A stretch of 64,000 nt of DNA from Orbicella franksi (Eukaryota): the NCBI GenBank assembly GCA_964199315.1, contig OZ116699.1:5766001-5830000 (forward strand), given 5' to 3'. Made by a program: the position numbers and the translations under genes. Shown here in pieces: positions 1-14,381 of the stretch. Below the pieces are notes generated by a model, which did no database searches, had not been told where the DNA came from, and was given only the letters and a program-made list of their open reading frames with translations. Position 1 is the first letter of the stretch. Each line of letters starts with the position of its first letter.

Positions 1-2699
1 TATTTCAGAGTCCTTTAGAGCGGAGTAAATGAAACCATCCGTCAAGAAGGGATGTACAGTTAGGAGAGCTAGAAAGTAAAACAAAAAGCTTTTGTTGCCA
101 ATGCAATAACCAAACGAGGCCTTGCATTGAGACGATGTATCAACTGGCCCGCCATTTTGGACATAGTAGAGAGTGGGGACTGGAGCGAGTTCCAATTATT
201 CTTCGGTTTCGCGGGTATGTTTTGTCAGGTGTAAGAAATTCGAGGGTAATTTCACGATGGCACTTTGTTCCTTTGGAGGGGTAAGTGATCAGTGCGGTGC
301 CACATCATGGGCTGCGCACGAAACAGGAATGGTTCCTTTGTTGTCCTGCGAGATAGACATGACTGAATGATTGAAGGAAAAGAACAAGGGGTCAGGTGCG
401 TCCGGGTCAAGAGGAAGACCTGGTTATACCAACCCTACAGGTGATTCAAAATATCAGTTAGGGATCATACACGCGCACAAATGGCTCTTATCGCGATCCA
501 GTGGACTCTTTTTATTGAACAGAGACCACGATGTTTTACGATTTTGTCGTCTTAAATTGTTTGTTTGTGACGAAGATTTCCCGCGGTAATTTACTTGGTT
601 CTTGCGAAGAGAAACTAACATTCAACAAATTGTTCATAGAAAGGGCAAAAGGGTTGATTAAAATCCTAACTTTGAAAGGTAAAAGTGCAGTTATTTTATC
701 GCAGCAATCTCGTGAACCAAAAACAGCGATAAGAATAACTTGAAGGTTGTTTTTCGTCTGCTCGCTCTGTTTGTTTACATTCAGCTTTACCTGTGCAGAC
801 GCTTATCACGCAATCATAATTCGAGCTTGAAACTCTAACGTTTTCCTATATTTGCTGGTTTCGTCGAAGAAAAATCTTTGCAAACATGCTGCATCGAAAC
901 TTTTCGATTAAGTTGACATTTTAAGCGAGAAATTGCCTTGTTTCACGGGTAAAATTCTTGGTTACAAAAATTATTTGGATACATTTTTTAATTACTTAAA
1001 ATTAGTTATATAGTATGTAAATGGCGGTGGCATAATTTTAGGAATCTTTTACCCAGTTTGAAACCTATCTCAGATTTATCGTTGTATTCTGAAGCTCGAT
1101 GAATTGATTAACCATTTTTTGTTTTCTACAAAAATAGATGAATCGCGATAAAAAATACATTCGATTTTGAGACGGTATTACGACTTCATAATGACACTAT
1201 GGTAGAGAATGTTTTCCAGCATTTGACTCTCTGCTTCGCATCGTTATGAAGTCCTAATATTGTCTCAAAATCTACCGAATAAGTTTGTGTTATCGGATTT
1301 GCTTGGAAGATTTAAACTAATTAGACTGCGTGCTAACACATAGGCACTGAATCCACGTGTGTCCTTGAATGGGAACTGATCCTCAGTCGTTCCGGAAAAG
1401 CAATTGACCAGGTGGATGTTGTAAGGATGACCGTGTGCCCAAAGCATAGTAGGTTTCAACTTACTACGCTTTATAAAGCAAAGGTAATAGATAGAGATTT
1501 TTTAATGGATGATCGATGCACGAGTCTTATCTGGCATTATAACATACCACAAACACCCACCTTTTTATTAAAGCCCTCTGAAGGTTCAGTTCATTGAAAA
1601 ACAGCTCACAACCCCAGGTTACAACACTGTTATTTTCCGAGCAGAGCTGATTGTTCTTTCTCGAGCAAAATACGTTTGGTTGTTGTTGATTTTTTTTTAC
1701 TTGCGGGCGCTCAATGAATTTCATCTCTTCCCTAGTGATGCTAGTACATTACTCACCTAACACTTTCTTTACTCAAACTTTTCCCTAGAAAGTAGATTTC
1801 TGGTTTTCTACGTGTGTGTGACAGGGGGGGGGGGGTAGTGGGTGGGGAGGGAGCACCTGCTAGTGAACTTGTTACACCCCTCAATCCTGAATTACTTACG
1901 TTAGACACGGTATGTTGTTAACTTGCGCATTTTGTTGTAGGATAAATGTTGGTCTTTTAAGAGCAATTGTAAGGGAAGAATCACAGTATTTCTGAACAAT
2001 GAACCTGATGTGGCTTTAATAATTCATTGTCACTCACCAAATACAGAATAAGGGTGTCATGTCAGCAATTTGGTTTGTTTATGGCATGAATTATGCTCAA
2101 AATTCCATTTTAAATGGCCTTAGAGGGGCATGGAGTGTTTGTGACAAAAATTCAACAAACTTTGATAAGCCAAATTTTTCTCAACTGATTTTGATAACTG
2201 GGTCACTAAAGTAAATAATGGTATAGGTACAGAAGTTATGCAAGAAGGCAGGTAGATACACTGAGTTTTTGAAAAATGGCAATTTTGGGTTGTAATTTTG
2301 ACATCAATTTTTGCCAAACTCTAGCCCAAGGCTCCTCTCTGTCCAATACCTCGAGGACAAAGTTACATATATGAAATGAAAGCTCTATTATAGTAGAGTT
2401 CATGGTCAAATTCATTTGGAAGCACAGTTTACCAATTGGATTTTATGGCACTACCAAAATGTCCTCTGGAAGGCTGGGTTTTTGGTGCTCAAAGGGCAAA
2501 AAGTGAGACCCCCTCCCCCCCTGAAACTCCAAAACTAAAAGTCAGAGAAGTGAGCCAAATTGGCTTTTGAAATATCTCATTCTGCAACCAACTTCTGTGC
2601 CAAGTTTCAGCCAAATCGGTTGACCACAACTTTTGGCCCCTGGAACACTTTCTCAGACAATGACACTTAAAAAATTGTTTAAGTTAATGTTATGACGAC

Positions 2700-5600
2700 A
2701 CACACTATCACACTAAGAGACAGGTTCGACAGATAGTTCCTCTTGGCGAATTATCAGTCCTCTGACTTATATTGGGACGCAAAGGAACACATTAAAAGCA
2801 CTTGTCCAAGTCCACCCCCACAGATTATGCGTTTCTAGTACACAAAACTACCAAGAAAACATCCAATGGTTTTCCTGTCCTCAGACATGTTAATTTCTTC
2901 AGCTCTAAGATTTTCCTCTTGTTTTCCCTTTTTCACCAGAATTGATCTGTTCTTAAGGCATGTAAGAAATTTCACCGTTCTTATTCGTTTATTTGTGAGA
3001 AAAAATATACTATTCAGAAGTGTAGAATGCCTTGGAAGGATAATCATGAATGGCACTTTAAAGTGTACAAAGAATGAAAGAGAGAACACGTCACACGAGA
3101 AGTGGGCATTCTTTCGCAAGTCTACAAACCTCTCGGCGATTTTGATCCGAAACGGTGGTTTCTTTGAAAAGCACTGAACCCGACCAACCACCCACTGATA
3201 GCTGCCCGTGAGATCAGCTAATTACCTTGCAAACTGTCGCTAAGTTCTTTCTATTGTTAGGATTTAACACAACACGCCACTAAATCTTCGTCCAATAATA
3301 GTCGCAGATCACAATATTACTGACACAGTGCTTCAGTGAATATGCAGATACTTTTTGATATATTAGCATGCAAGCAGTCTGCTCTCAAACTCTGAGAGTC
3401 CGATAGTGTCCTATTACCACAGGTAAGTTTCATTTTCATTCTACTAAGGTGTGGTTTTATAGCTCATCTGGTCTTTTTACTGATATAGCATAATACGTGC
3501 GATGCGGCTAACGAAGTTTCGAATATATTAGTATTCCATGAGTTTTAGAATAAGCTCCGGATTTCCAGGAGTTTACCTGTAGTCTTCAGAGCTTCTGGTG
3601 TTAGGGGGACTATTTAAGTATTCGAGATCCTCTTGACGAATTACCAGTCTACGTACTGGAACGCAAAGGAACACACTAAAAGTCTGCCCCAACAGATTTG
3701 AGTCTCTAGTACACAAAATAAAACCAATAAAACTCCCAACTGTTTTCATTTGTTTTGACATGTTAATTTCCTCGACTGTAAGATTTTCCTCTTTTTTTCT
3801 CTTTTTCATAATAATTGATCGTCCTTAAGGCATTATTCGTTTATTTGTGAGATTAAATGTTCCTTTTATAAGTGTAGAGTGCCTTCGGCGGATAATCAGG
3901 AATTGGCGCTTGAAAGTCTACAAAACATAAAAGAGAGAACACGTCACTCGAGAAGTGGGCGTTCTTAAGCTTTCGGAAGTCTACAAACCTCTCAGCGATT
4001 TTTGATCCAAAACGGTGGTTTCTTTGAAAATCACTGAACCTAACCAACCAACCACTGATAACTGCCCGTGAGATCAGCTAATTACCTTGCAAACTGTCCC
4101 TCTGCGTGTTGACAGCTCTAGCAGAGTTGCGTTGCTAATGTTCAAGCATGGTCCTGAAGTACTACTGAGAAGCGATCAAAGTGCCCTTGTCGTAAATATT
4201 ACCCAATCTTTCTTCGGTTATCGAGAATCGGCTAACTGATTTTAAACGTGAATTTTCGCAGCTAAATATTTTCTTGATAGGGCAGATTATTTTGCTTATC
4301 TTCTTAACAAAACAGCATAGAAAATTCGTGCACAAGAAAATGTAGCTTTCATAACTATGTTAAATCTAAACTACACTTATTTATTTATCCCAAACATATT
4401 AAATCATTCCTGTTAATTTACAGTATCGCACGCACGTAATAATCTTTTACTACTGCTTACGGGTAAACTATCACCCAGACATAAAACTAATACACACAAT
4501 CAATTAAATGTTATAAAGCCTGGGAGTCCTGAGACAGCAAACGTTTACGCTCGAGCTTTGGCTTGTGAAACGACAACACAAAATTCAAATTCTAGATCTT
4601 ATTCCTTTATGTCGAGTTGTTTTGCTAGTTAGTGAACAATGCCTTCGAGGGATTATCATGAATTGGCCTTTTAAAGTTACAAAACATAAAAGAGAGAACA
4701 CGTCACTCGAGAAGTGGGCTTTCTTTGGCAAGTATAGAAACCTTTCGGCGATTTCTGATCCGAAACGGTGGATTCTTTGAAAATCACTGAACCCAACAAA
4801 CTAACCACTGATAACTGCCCGTGAGGTCAGCTAATTACCTTGCAAACTCGGGTCGCTAAGTTCTGTCTGTTATTAGTGTTTATCACAACACTAAATCTTC
4901 GCCCAATATATATCGGGTTGTAGATCACATTATTACCGACCCACTGCTTCAGTGAATATGCAGATACTTTTAGATATATCAGTAGCACGCAAGCAGTCTG
5001 CTCCCAGACTCTGAGAGTCCGACATTGCCCTATTACAAAAGTTAAGTTTCATTATAATTCTACTCGGGTGTGGTTTTGTAGCTCATCTGGTCTTTTCACT
5101 GATATAGCATAATATGGGCGATACAGTTAACGACGTCAGTTTAGCATACATGTATGTATATTTGTATTCTGTGCGTTTTGGAATAAGCTTTGCATTTCCA
5201 GGAGGTCATCTAACGTTCGAGCATGGTCCTGAAGTACAAGAAGCGATCAGAGCTACCTTTGTGAAGTTATTGTCTAATCTTATTCCGGTTATCGAGAATC
5301 AGCTAACTGACTTAAAACGTAAATTCTTGTAGAAACCTTTTCTTGATATCGCAGACTATTTGACTAGAGAATCGAAGGTACTGTAATAATCGTTTATTAC
5401 TGCTAACGGCTATCAACCACATTGAGAAGTAGTCATCATAGAGCTCATATAAACAATTACAAGTTTTAAAACCAGAAATAGCAAAGGCTCGAGCTTTGGC
5501 TTGTAAAATGTTTACTGTGGAAACAATTTAATTTTACTGGAGTTTTCAAAGCAACTACACATGATTCAATCCGTATCCATACATATATGTTAAGGTTCAA

Positions 5601-8600
5601 ATTTTTATGCTTTTATGTCGAGTTGTTTTGCTAGTCTGTGAAGTCCTGAGTGGATAACTCAACCAAACAACCCATTCGCCGACTCCTCAAGCGGTTCATT
5701 ACGAGTCTCCTGTGGTGTTGAAACCGGATTACTAGTCTTCTGCCTTATACTGATACGCAAAGGTAGGCACTAAAAGCACTTGCCTAAGTCCGGCCCAAGG
5801 GATTATGCGTCTCTTGTACACAAAACTACCAATAAGACTTTCAACTGTCTTCATGTCTTTAGACCAGTTAATTTCTTCAACTGTAAGACTTTCCTCTTTT
5901 TTTTTTGCTCTTTTCCACCAGAATTGATCTGTTCTAAAGGCATGTAAGAAATTTTCACCGGCTTTGTTCGTTAATTTGTGAGAACAAATATACCTTTCAG
6001 AAGTGTAGAATGCCTTCGAGGGATAATCATCAATGGCACTTTAAAGTCTGCAAAACATAAAAGAGAGAATACGTCATTCGAGAAGTTAGCGTTCTTAAGC
6101 TTTCGCAAGTCTACAAACCTCCCAGCGATTTTTTTGATCCGAAACGGTGGTTTCTTTGAAAATCACTGAACCCAACCAACCAACCAATGATCAGCTAATT
6201 ACCTTGCAAAATGTCGCTAAGCTCTGTCCGTTATTAGTGCTTATCACAGCTCTAAATCTCTATCCAAAAGTAGTCGCAGATCACCATATTATCGACACAC
6301 TGCTTCAGTGAATATGCACATATTTTTAGATGTATTGGCACCCAAACTGTCTGCTCCCAAGCTCTGAGTGTCCGATATAGCCCTATTACCAAAAGTAAGT
6401 TTCCTTTTTTATTCTACTGGTGTGGTTGTTGCCCATCTGGCCTTTTGTATCTAAAATAACAAAGTACATATGTGCGATACGAAGTTTAGCACATATTGGT
6501 ATTTTAAGACTTTTCGGGGTATGCCTGCCTCGTTTTTCACGAAGATTATCTGTAGTTTCCTGAGCGCTTTCGATGTTATTTATTTAGTAACAGTTTACAA
6601 TCTCAGCGTGTTACCAGCTCTGGTAGAGTTTGCTTTGCTAATATTCGAGCATGGTCCTGAAGTACAAAAGGCGATCAAGGTGACTTTATCGGAGTTGTTG
6701 TGTAATATTTCTTCGGTTGACTGACTTTAAACGTGAATTCTCGCATATAAACCTCTCATTGATAAAGCACACTATTACTTGTCTCCTTAGCTACAAAACA
6801 AGAAAGTATCGTCCACAAAAATCGTAGCTTTCATAACTATATCGAATCTTAACTACACTTAACTTATTTATTTATCCCAAACATATTCAATCACTCATTG
6901 CATGATTCATTCCGTATCCAGGGTAAGGTTCAAATTATCTCAAATTGACAGGAAACACTTCGCTAAGACACGCACAGGCAAAGCAAAAAAAAAAAAAAAA
7001 AAAAAAGTAAAATAAATTAAAATGAAATAAAATAAAATAAAATAGAATAACATAATTAATAACTCCCTATATATACCGTAAAAAAATTCTCCCGAGCGAT
7101 TAATATCTTGATCATATTTCCATCGCATGCCAATTAAACTTTATCGACAAAGGTTTGTTTACGTTAAGCACCTACGCGCTTGCAAATGTAAATTACAGCT
7201 TTGAACCGAACCGAAACAACCAACCAACCACTGATAACTAACCCGTGAAATCAGCTAATTACCTTGCAAACTGTCGCTAAGTTCTTTCTATTATTACTGT
7301 TTAACACAACTCTAAATCTTCGCCCAACAATAATTGCAGGTCACATTATTACCGGCACAGTGCGTCAGTGGATATGCAAATATTTTTAGCCAAAATAGCT
7401 CACAAACAGTCTCCTCGCAAACTCTCATTTCCGACACGGCTATTAACCGCATTTATAAGGAGTCATTAAACTCATACAAACAATAAGAAGTTCATGAAGT
7501 AAAACCAGAAATAGCAGCCGCTTGAGCTTTGGTTTGTGAAATGCCCAAGGTAAAATGCTAACTGTGGAAACAGTTAAATTTCAATCGACTGATTTTCCAT
7601 GTAATTGACTACATGTAATTGACTATTATAATAATTCAATCCGTATTCACGTTAAGGTTCCCTTTCTTATTCCCTTATGTCGAGTTGTTTTGCTAGTCCG
7701 AAAGTCATTCGCCAACTCCTCAAGTGGTTCATTATGCCTCTCCTTTGTTGTAAAGACGACACATACTACCAAACTAAGATATTTAGTCTACAGATAGTTC
7801 CTCTTGATGAATTTCAAGTCTTCTGCCTTTCACTGGGACGCAAGGAAAGACACTAAAAGCACTTGTCCAAGTCCGCTCCAATGGATTATACGTCTCTAAT
7901 ACATAAAACTACCAAGAAAACTTCCAATTCTTTTCATGTCTTTAGATATGTTAATTTCTTCAGCTGTAGCATTTTCCTCTTGTTTTTTCTTTTTCACCAG
8001 AATTGATCTGTTCTTAAGGCGTGTAAGGAATTTTCAACGGTTTTATTCGTTTATTTATGAGAACAAATATGCCTTTCAGAATTGTAGAATGCCTTTAAGG
8101 GATAATCATGACTTGGCGCTTTAAAGTCTGCAAAACATAAAACAGAGAATACGTCACTAAAAAAGAGAGCTTTGTTTCGCAAATCTATATACAAACCTCC
8201 CAGCGAGTTTTGATCCAAAACAGTGGTTTCTTTGAAAATCACTGAACCCAACTAAGCTGCTACTGATAACTATCCCGTGAGATCATCTAATTACCTTGCA
8301 AACTGTCGCTGAGTTCGTTCTATTGTTAGTATTCAACACAACAAGCGTCAAAACCTTCGCCCAAAAATAGTCGCAGATCACCGTATGCTTCATTGAATAT
8401 GCAGATACTTTTAGATATATTAGTGCAAAAGCAGTCTGTTCCCAAACTGTGAGAGTCCGACATTGCCCTATTACCAAAGGTAAGTTTTATTTTCATTCTA
8501 TTCGGGTGTGGTTTTAAAGCTCGTTTGGTCTTTTCACTGATGTAGCATAATATGTGCGATGCAGTTAGCGAAGTTTAGCATATATTGATCGTATTCCATG

Positions 8601-11600
8601 CGTTTTGAAATAAGCGCCGCATTTCCGGGAGGTTATCTGTATAGTCCCCTGAGCTTTCGGTGTTAGGACTATTTAAGTATTTGTGTAGTAAAAGATCACT
8701 GTCTCTCTATCATGCATGTTACCAGCTCTGGCAGAGTTTGCTTTGCTAATGTCCGAACATAGTTCTGAAGTACAAAAAGCGATCAAAGCGGCCTTTTCGT
8801 AGTTATTGTCTAAATCTTTCTTTGGAATCATCTAACTGACTTAAAACGTAAACGGTTGCAGGAACCTTTTCTTGATATCGCAGACTATTTGACTAGAGAA
8901 TCGAAGGCACTGTAATAATTGCTTATTACTGCTAACGGCTGTCAACGACATTGAGAAGTAGTCATCATAAAGCTCATACAAACAATTACAAGTTTTAAAA
9001 CCAGAAATAGCAAAGGCTCGAGCTTCGGCTTGTGAAATGTTTACTGCGGAGACAATTTAATTTTGCTCTGGATTTTTTAAAACGACTTCACATGAGTCAA
9101 TCCGTATCCATATGTTGAAGTTTAAATTCTCATTTTTTTTATGTGGAATTGTTTTGCTAGTCTGTGAATTCCTCAATGGATAACTCAACCAAACAACCCA
9201 CTCTTCAACTCCTCGAGCGGTTCACTATGCGTGTCCTGTGGTGTGAAAACCGGACACATACTATTCTTACACTAAGATTTCAGTTTGACAGATAGTTCCC
9301 CTTCACGAATTACCAGTTTTCTGCCCTATATTGAGACGCAAGTAAAGAAACTAAAAGCACATGTCCAAGTCTGCCCCAGCGGATTATGCGTCTCTAGTAC
9401 ACAAAACTACCAATAAAACTTTAAACTGTTTTCATGTGTTTAAACAAGTTAATTTCTTTAACTGTATGATTTTCCTCTTGTTTTCTCTTTTCGTCCAGAA
9501 TTGATCTGTTCTTAAGGCATGTTAAAAATTTTAACCGGCTTTATTCGTTTATTTGTGAGAACAAATATACCTTTCAGAGGTGTAGAATGCCTTCGAGGTA
9601 TAATCAGGAATGGCACTTTAAGGTCTGCAAAACATAAAAGAGTGAAAACGTCATTCAAAAAGTGGGCGTTCTTAAGCTTTCGCAAGTCTATAATCCTCTC
9701 AGCGATTTTTTGATCCGAAACGGTGGTTTCTTTGAAGATCACTGAACCCAACCAACCAACCACTGATAACTAACCCGTGAAATCAGCTAATTACCTTGCA
9801 AAATGTCGCTAAGTTCTTTCTATTTTTACTGTTTAACACAACTCTAAATCTTCGCCCAGTAATAATTGCAGATCACATTATTATCGCCAGTGCGTCAGTG
9901 GATATGCAAATATTTTTAGACATAAGAGCCCACAAACAGTCTCCTCGCAAACTCTCAGAGTCCGACACGGCTATCAACCGCATTGAGAAGCAGTCATTAA
10001 ACTCATACAAGCAATAAGAAATTCATGAAGTAAAACCAGAAATAGCAGCCGCTTGAGCTTCGGTTTGCGAAATGTCCGAGGTAAAAGGCTGACTGTGGAA
10101 ACGGTTAAATTTCACTCGCCTGATTTTACATGTAATTGACTACATGTAAGTGACTATTAATAATTCAATCCGTATTCACGTTTAGGTTCCCTTTCTTATT
10201 CCCTTATGTCGAGTTGTTTTGCTAGTCCGAAAGTCATTCGCCAACTCCTCAAGCGGTTCATTATGCGTCTACTTTGTTGTAAAGAGGACACATATTACAA
10301 CACTAAGATATCTGTCCGACAGATTGTTCCCCTTGACGAATTACCAGTCTTCTGCCTAATACTGGGACGCAAAGGAAGGCACTAAAAGGCACCTGTCCGA
10401 GTCCGCTCCAACGGATTATGCGTCTCTAGTACATAAAACTACCAAGAAAACTTGCAAGTGTTTTTATCTCTTTAGACATGCTAATCTCTTCAGCTGTAAG
10501 ATTTTCCCCTTGTTTTCTCTTTTTCACTAGATTTGATCTGTTGTTAAGGCATGTAAGAAATTTTCAACGGGTTTACTCGTTTATTTATGAGAACAAATAT
10601 GCCTTTCAGAAGTGTAGAATGCCTTTGAGGGATAATCATGACTTGGCACTTAAATTTAAAGTCTACAAAACATAAAAACAGAATACGTCACTAAAAAAGA
10701 GGGCTTTGTTTCTACAAACCTCAGCGATTTTTGATCCAAAACAGTGGTTTCTTTGAAAATCACTGAACCCAACTAACCTGCTACGGATAACTATCCCGTG
10801 AGATCAGCTAATTACCTTGCAAACTGTCGCTGAGTTCGTTCTATTGTTAGTATTCAACACAAACACGCGTCAAAACCTTCGCCCAAAAATAGTCGCAGAT
10901 CACCGTATGCTTCATTGAATATGCAGAGACTTTTAGATATATTAGCGCGCAAGCAGTCTGCTCTCAAACTGTGAGAGTCCGACATTGCCCTATTACCAAA
11001 GGTAAGTTTCATTTTCATTCTACTCGGGTGTGGTTTTAAAGCTCACCTGGTCTTTTCACTGATATAGCATAATATGTACGATGCTGTTAGCGAAGTTGAG
11101 CATATATTGATCGTGTTCCATGCGTTTTGGAATAAGCTCCGCATTTCCGGGAGGTTATCTGTATAGTCCCCTAAGCTTTCGGTATTAGGACTATTTAAGT
11201 ATTCGTGTAGTAAAAGTTCACTCTCTCAGTGTCATGCGTGTTACCAGCTCTGGCAGAGTTTGCTTTGTTAATGTTTGAGCATGGTCCCTAAGTACTAGAA
11301 GCGATCAAAGCGGCCTTTTCACAGTTACTGTCTAATCTTTCTCCGGTTATCGAGAATCAGCTAACTGACTTAAAACGTGAATTGTTGCAGGACCTTTTCT
11401 TGATATCGCAGACTATTTGACTAGAGCATCAAAAGCACTGTAGTAATTGTATATTACTGCTAACGGCTATCAACCACATTGAGAAGTAGTCATCATAAAG
11501 CTCATATAAACAATTACAAGTTTTAAAACCAGAAATAGCAAAGGCTCGAGCCTCGGTCTTCGAAATGTTTACTGTGCAAACAATTTAATTTTGCTCGGGA

Positions 11601-13325
11601 TGTTTTAAAACGACTACACATGATTCAATCCGTATCCATATGTTAAGATTTAAATTCTCATTTTTTTTTTTTTTTTTTTTTTTTTTTTGATGTGGAGTTA
11701 TTTTGCTATTCTGTGACGTCCTGAGAGGATTACTCAACCAAACAACCCATTCGCCAACTCCTCGCGCGCCTCACTATGCGTGTCCTGTGGTGTTAAAACA
11801 GGACACATACTATTCGTGGACTACGATTTCAGTTCGGCACATAATTCCTCTTGACGAATTACCAGTCTTCTGCCGTATATCGGGACGCAAAGGAAGGCGC
11901 TAAAATTGCTCTTGTCGAAGTCCGCCCCAACGGATTATGCGTCTCTAGTACTCAAAACTATCAAAAAAATTCAAACTGTTTTCATGTGTTTAGACGAGTT
12001 AATTTCTTCAACTGTATGATTTCCCTTTTTTTTCCCCTCCTTTTCACCAGGATTGATCTGTTCTTAAGGCATGTAAGAAATTTTCACCGGCTTTATTCGT
12101 TTATTTGTAAGAACAAATATACCTTTCAGAAGTGTAGAATGCCTTCGAGGGATAATCATCGAGGCACTTTAAAGTCTGCAAAACTTAAAAGAGAGAACAC
12201 GTCACTCGAAAAGTGACCTTAATTTAGCTTTCGCGAGTCTACAAACCTCCCAGTGATTTTTTGATCCGAAACGGTGGTTTCTTTGAAAATCACTGAACCC
12301 AACCAACCAACCAATGATAAATACTCCGTGAGATCAGCTAATTACCTTGCAAACTGTCGCCAAGTTCTGTCTGTTAGTAGTGCTTATCACAGCACTAAAT
12401 CTTCACCCAAAAATAGTCGCAGATCACAATATTACCGACATATACATATACCGACATATACAGGCATTTTTAGATGTGTTAGCCCGCAAACTGTTTGCTC
12501 CCAAACTCTGAGTTTCCGACATAGCCCTTTTACCAAAAGAAAGTTTCTTTTTGATTCTGCTGGTGTGGTTGTTGCCCATGTGGTCTTTTATATCTAAAAT
12601 AACAAAGTATATGTGTGATACGAAGTTTAGCATATATTGGTGTTCTATGCCTTTTCGGGGTATGCCTGCATCGTTTTTCCCGAAGACTATCTGTAGTTTC
12701 CTGAGCACTTTCGATGTTATTTATTTAGTAACAGTTTACAATCTCAGCGTGTTACCAGCTCTGGTTGAGTTTACTTTGCTAATATTCGAGCATGGTCCTG
12801 AAGTACAAGCAGCGATCAAGGTGACTTTATCGGAGTTGTTGTTTAATATTTCTTCGGTTGACTGACTTTAAACGTGAGTTCTCGCAAATAAACCTCTCAT
12901 TGATAGAGCACACTATTACTTGTCTCCTTAGCCACAAAACCAGAAAGTATCGTCCACAAAAATCGTAGCTTTCAAAACTATATCGAATCTTAACTACACT
13001 TAACTTATTTATTTATCCCAAACATATTCAATCATTCATTGACTATATTTGCTTTTGTCATAATTGATTCCGTATCCAGGCTAAGGTTCGAATTATCTGA
13101 TATCGATAGGAAACAGTTCGCTATGACACTCACAGACCAAAAAAATAAAATAAAATAACATAACATAACATACAACAACACAACTCCCTATATATACCGT
13201 AAAAAATTCTCCCAAGCGATAAATACCTTGATCATTTCTGTCATATGCCAATTAAACTTCTTCATCGACAAAGTTTTGTTTATGTTAAGCGCCTACGCGC
13301 TTGCAAATGTAGGTTACAGCTTTGA
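2700..13325. repeat. Mosaic tandem array of ~0.75-1.5 kb modules, 9 copies, with higher-order duplications; origin unknown
   Basis: Anchor CTAATTACCTTGCAAA occurs at ~3218, 4078, 4831, 6195, 7255, 8287, 9787, 10808 and 12338. Shared blocks include TTGATCTGTTCTTAAGGCATGTAAGA and GATCCGAAACGGTGGTTTCTTTGAAAATCACTGAACC. 7.2-9.76 kb is similar to 9.76-12.3 kb, and 5.4-7.2 kb is similar to 11.5-13.3 kb. Confidence 0.92.
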
Positions 13326-13559
13326 ATATCCTATTGAAAAAAAAACAAAAAAACAAAAAAAAAAACATGTTCTTTTGAAATTAACTTTTTGGTTATAGGG
13401 AGGACTGATACTTGTCTTGTGAACAGAAAAACAACGAAATTAAATATCATCAAAAGAAAATTGTCGCCCTTTATCATTATATTTATACATTAAACTATAC
13501 TTATTCATCTACCCAAACATTGTATTTAATGTCGGCAGATGATATCATCCCAGTCAACT

Positions 13560-14122
13560 GGAATCGCTGAACATATTGAAATAATCTTTTATCACTGCTA
13601 CAGTAGTTTGTGAAGAATAGCTAGTGCATAACCATTTAGGAAAAGCAGTCACAGGCATAAAAACGGTTGCGGGCTTAACAACTAGACGTAATATAAAGAG
13701 CTGGAAATGTTTATTTATTCTATCAATTGTCTTCAGTCGAATAGCGTATTGCTTTTTTTTCTCCTCAGCTAGAACAAGCGCAAGGTGTTTAAGCTCTGTT
13801 TCCGTCCACACACGTGCTTTCTTGAACTTTTTTGACTTTTCCGAACAACCAGCTGACTTTTCCGCCATCTTGAAATTTCTAGCTTATCGAAAATAATCGC
13901 TGGCTCCTTGTAACGGGGTGTAAGTTTCGTGGATATTTTACACACACACGTCGGATCATCCACGAAAGTTCGTGGGTCAAGTCGAACTATCACGACAATT
14001 TCTCTCGGCGGATGATCCGTCTGTTTGCCCGTATTTACTCACAGACGAATTATCGGACGAACTATCGTTTTTTGCCCAAGTTCATCCCAGACAGATGATC
14101 CGTCTCTAGCATAAATCCGGCC
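13560..14122 (-). mobile_element. Probable PIF/Harbinger remnant with a truncated Myb/SANT-like ORF
   Basis: ORF from 13868: MAEKSAGCSEKSKKFKKARVWTETELKHLALVL, which has the trihelix/Myb-like 'WT.xE' start and then degenerates. Upstream are repeated GGATGATCCG/CGGATCATC motifs ending in a GGCC terminus at ~14122. No TSD confirmed. Confidence 0.45.
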
Positions 14123-14300
14123 AATTTCGTTAGGCCTGAACAGACACGTCTCATAAAGAACTGGCAGATACCACTCTCAAAAGCTTCTATCGCACTCCCA
14201 CCACAAAAAAAAAAAAAAAACTAGGCAATCAGTTCGTGGTAAAATTACAACTCAGGATCAATTAGGAAGCTCAAAAGCCAATATTTTGATATTGCATCAT

Positions 14301-14381
14301 CACGTGATTTTCGCCACCGGAAGTGCCCGAAAGACGACGACAAAAGTAGACATTTTTCATTTTAACGACTAGGCCGGAAGT
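14301..14381 (+). promoter_or_regulatory. Candidate promoter motifs upstream of the FN2 gene (E-box and two ETS sites)
   Basis: CACGTG at 14301-14306; CCGGAAGT at 14317-14324 and 14374-14381; about 0.4 kb upstream of the first coding exon. Confidence 0.35.

Noticed and set aside
173-743. Short ORFs and a GG|GTAAGT donor-like site at the window start
   Set aside because: No recognisable protein and no consistent exon chain.
1957-2672. Possible TTAA-bounded transposon just before the array
   Set aside because: The right end looks TE-like, but I could not find a matching left TIR.
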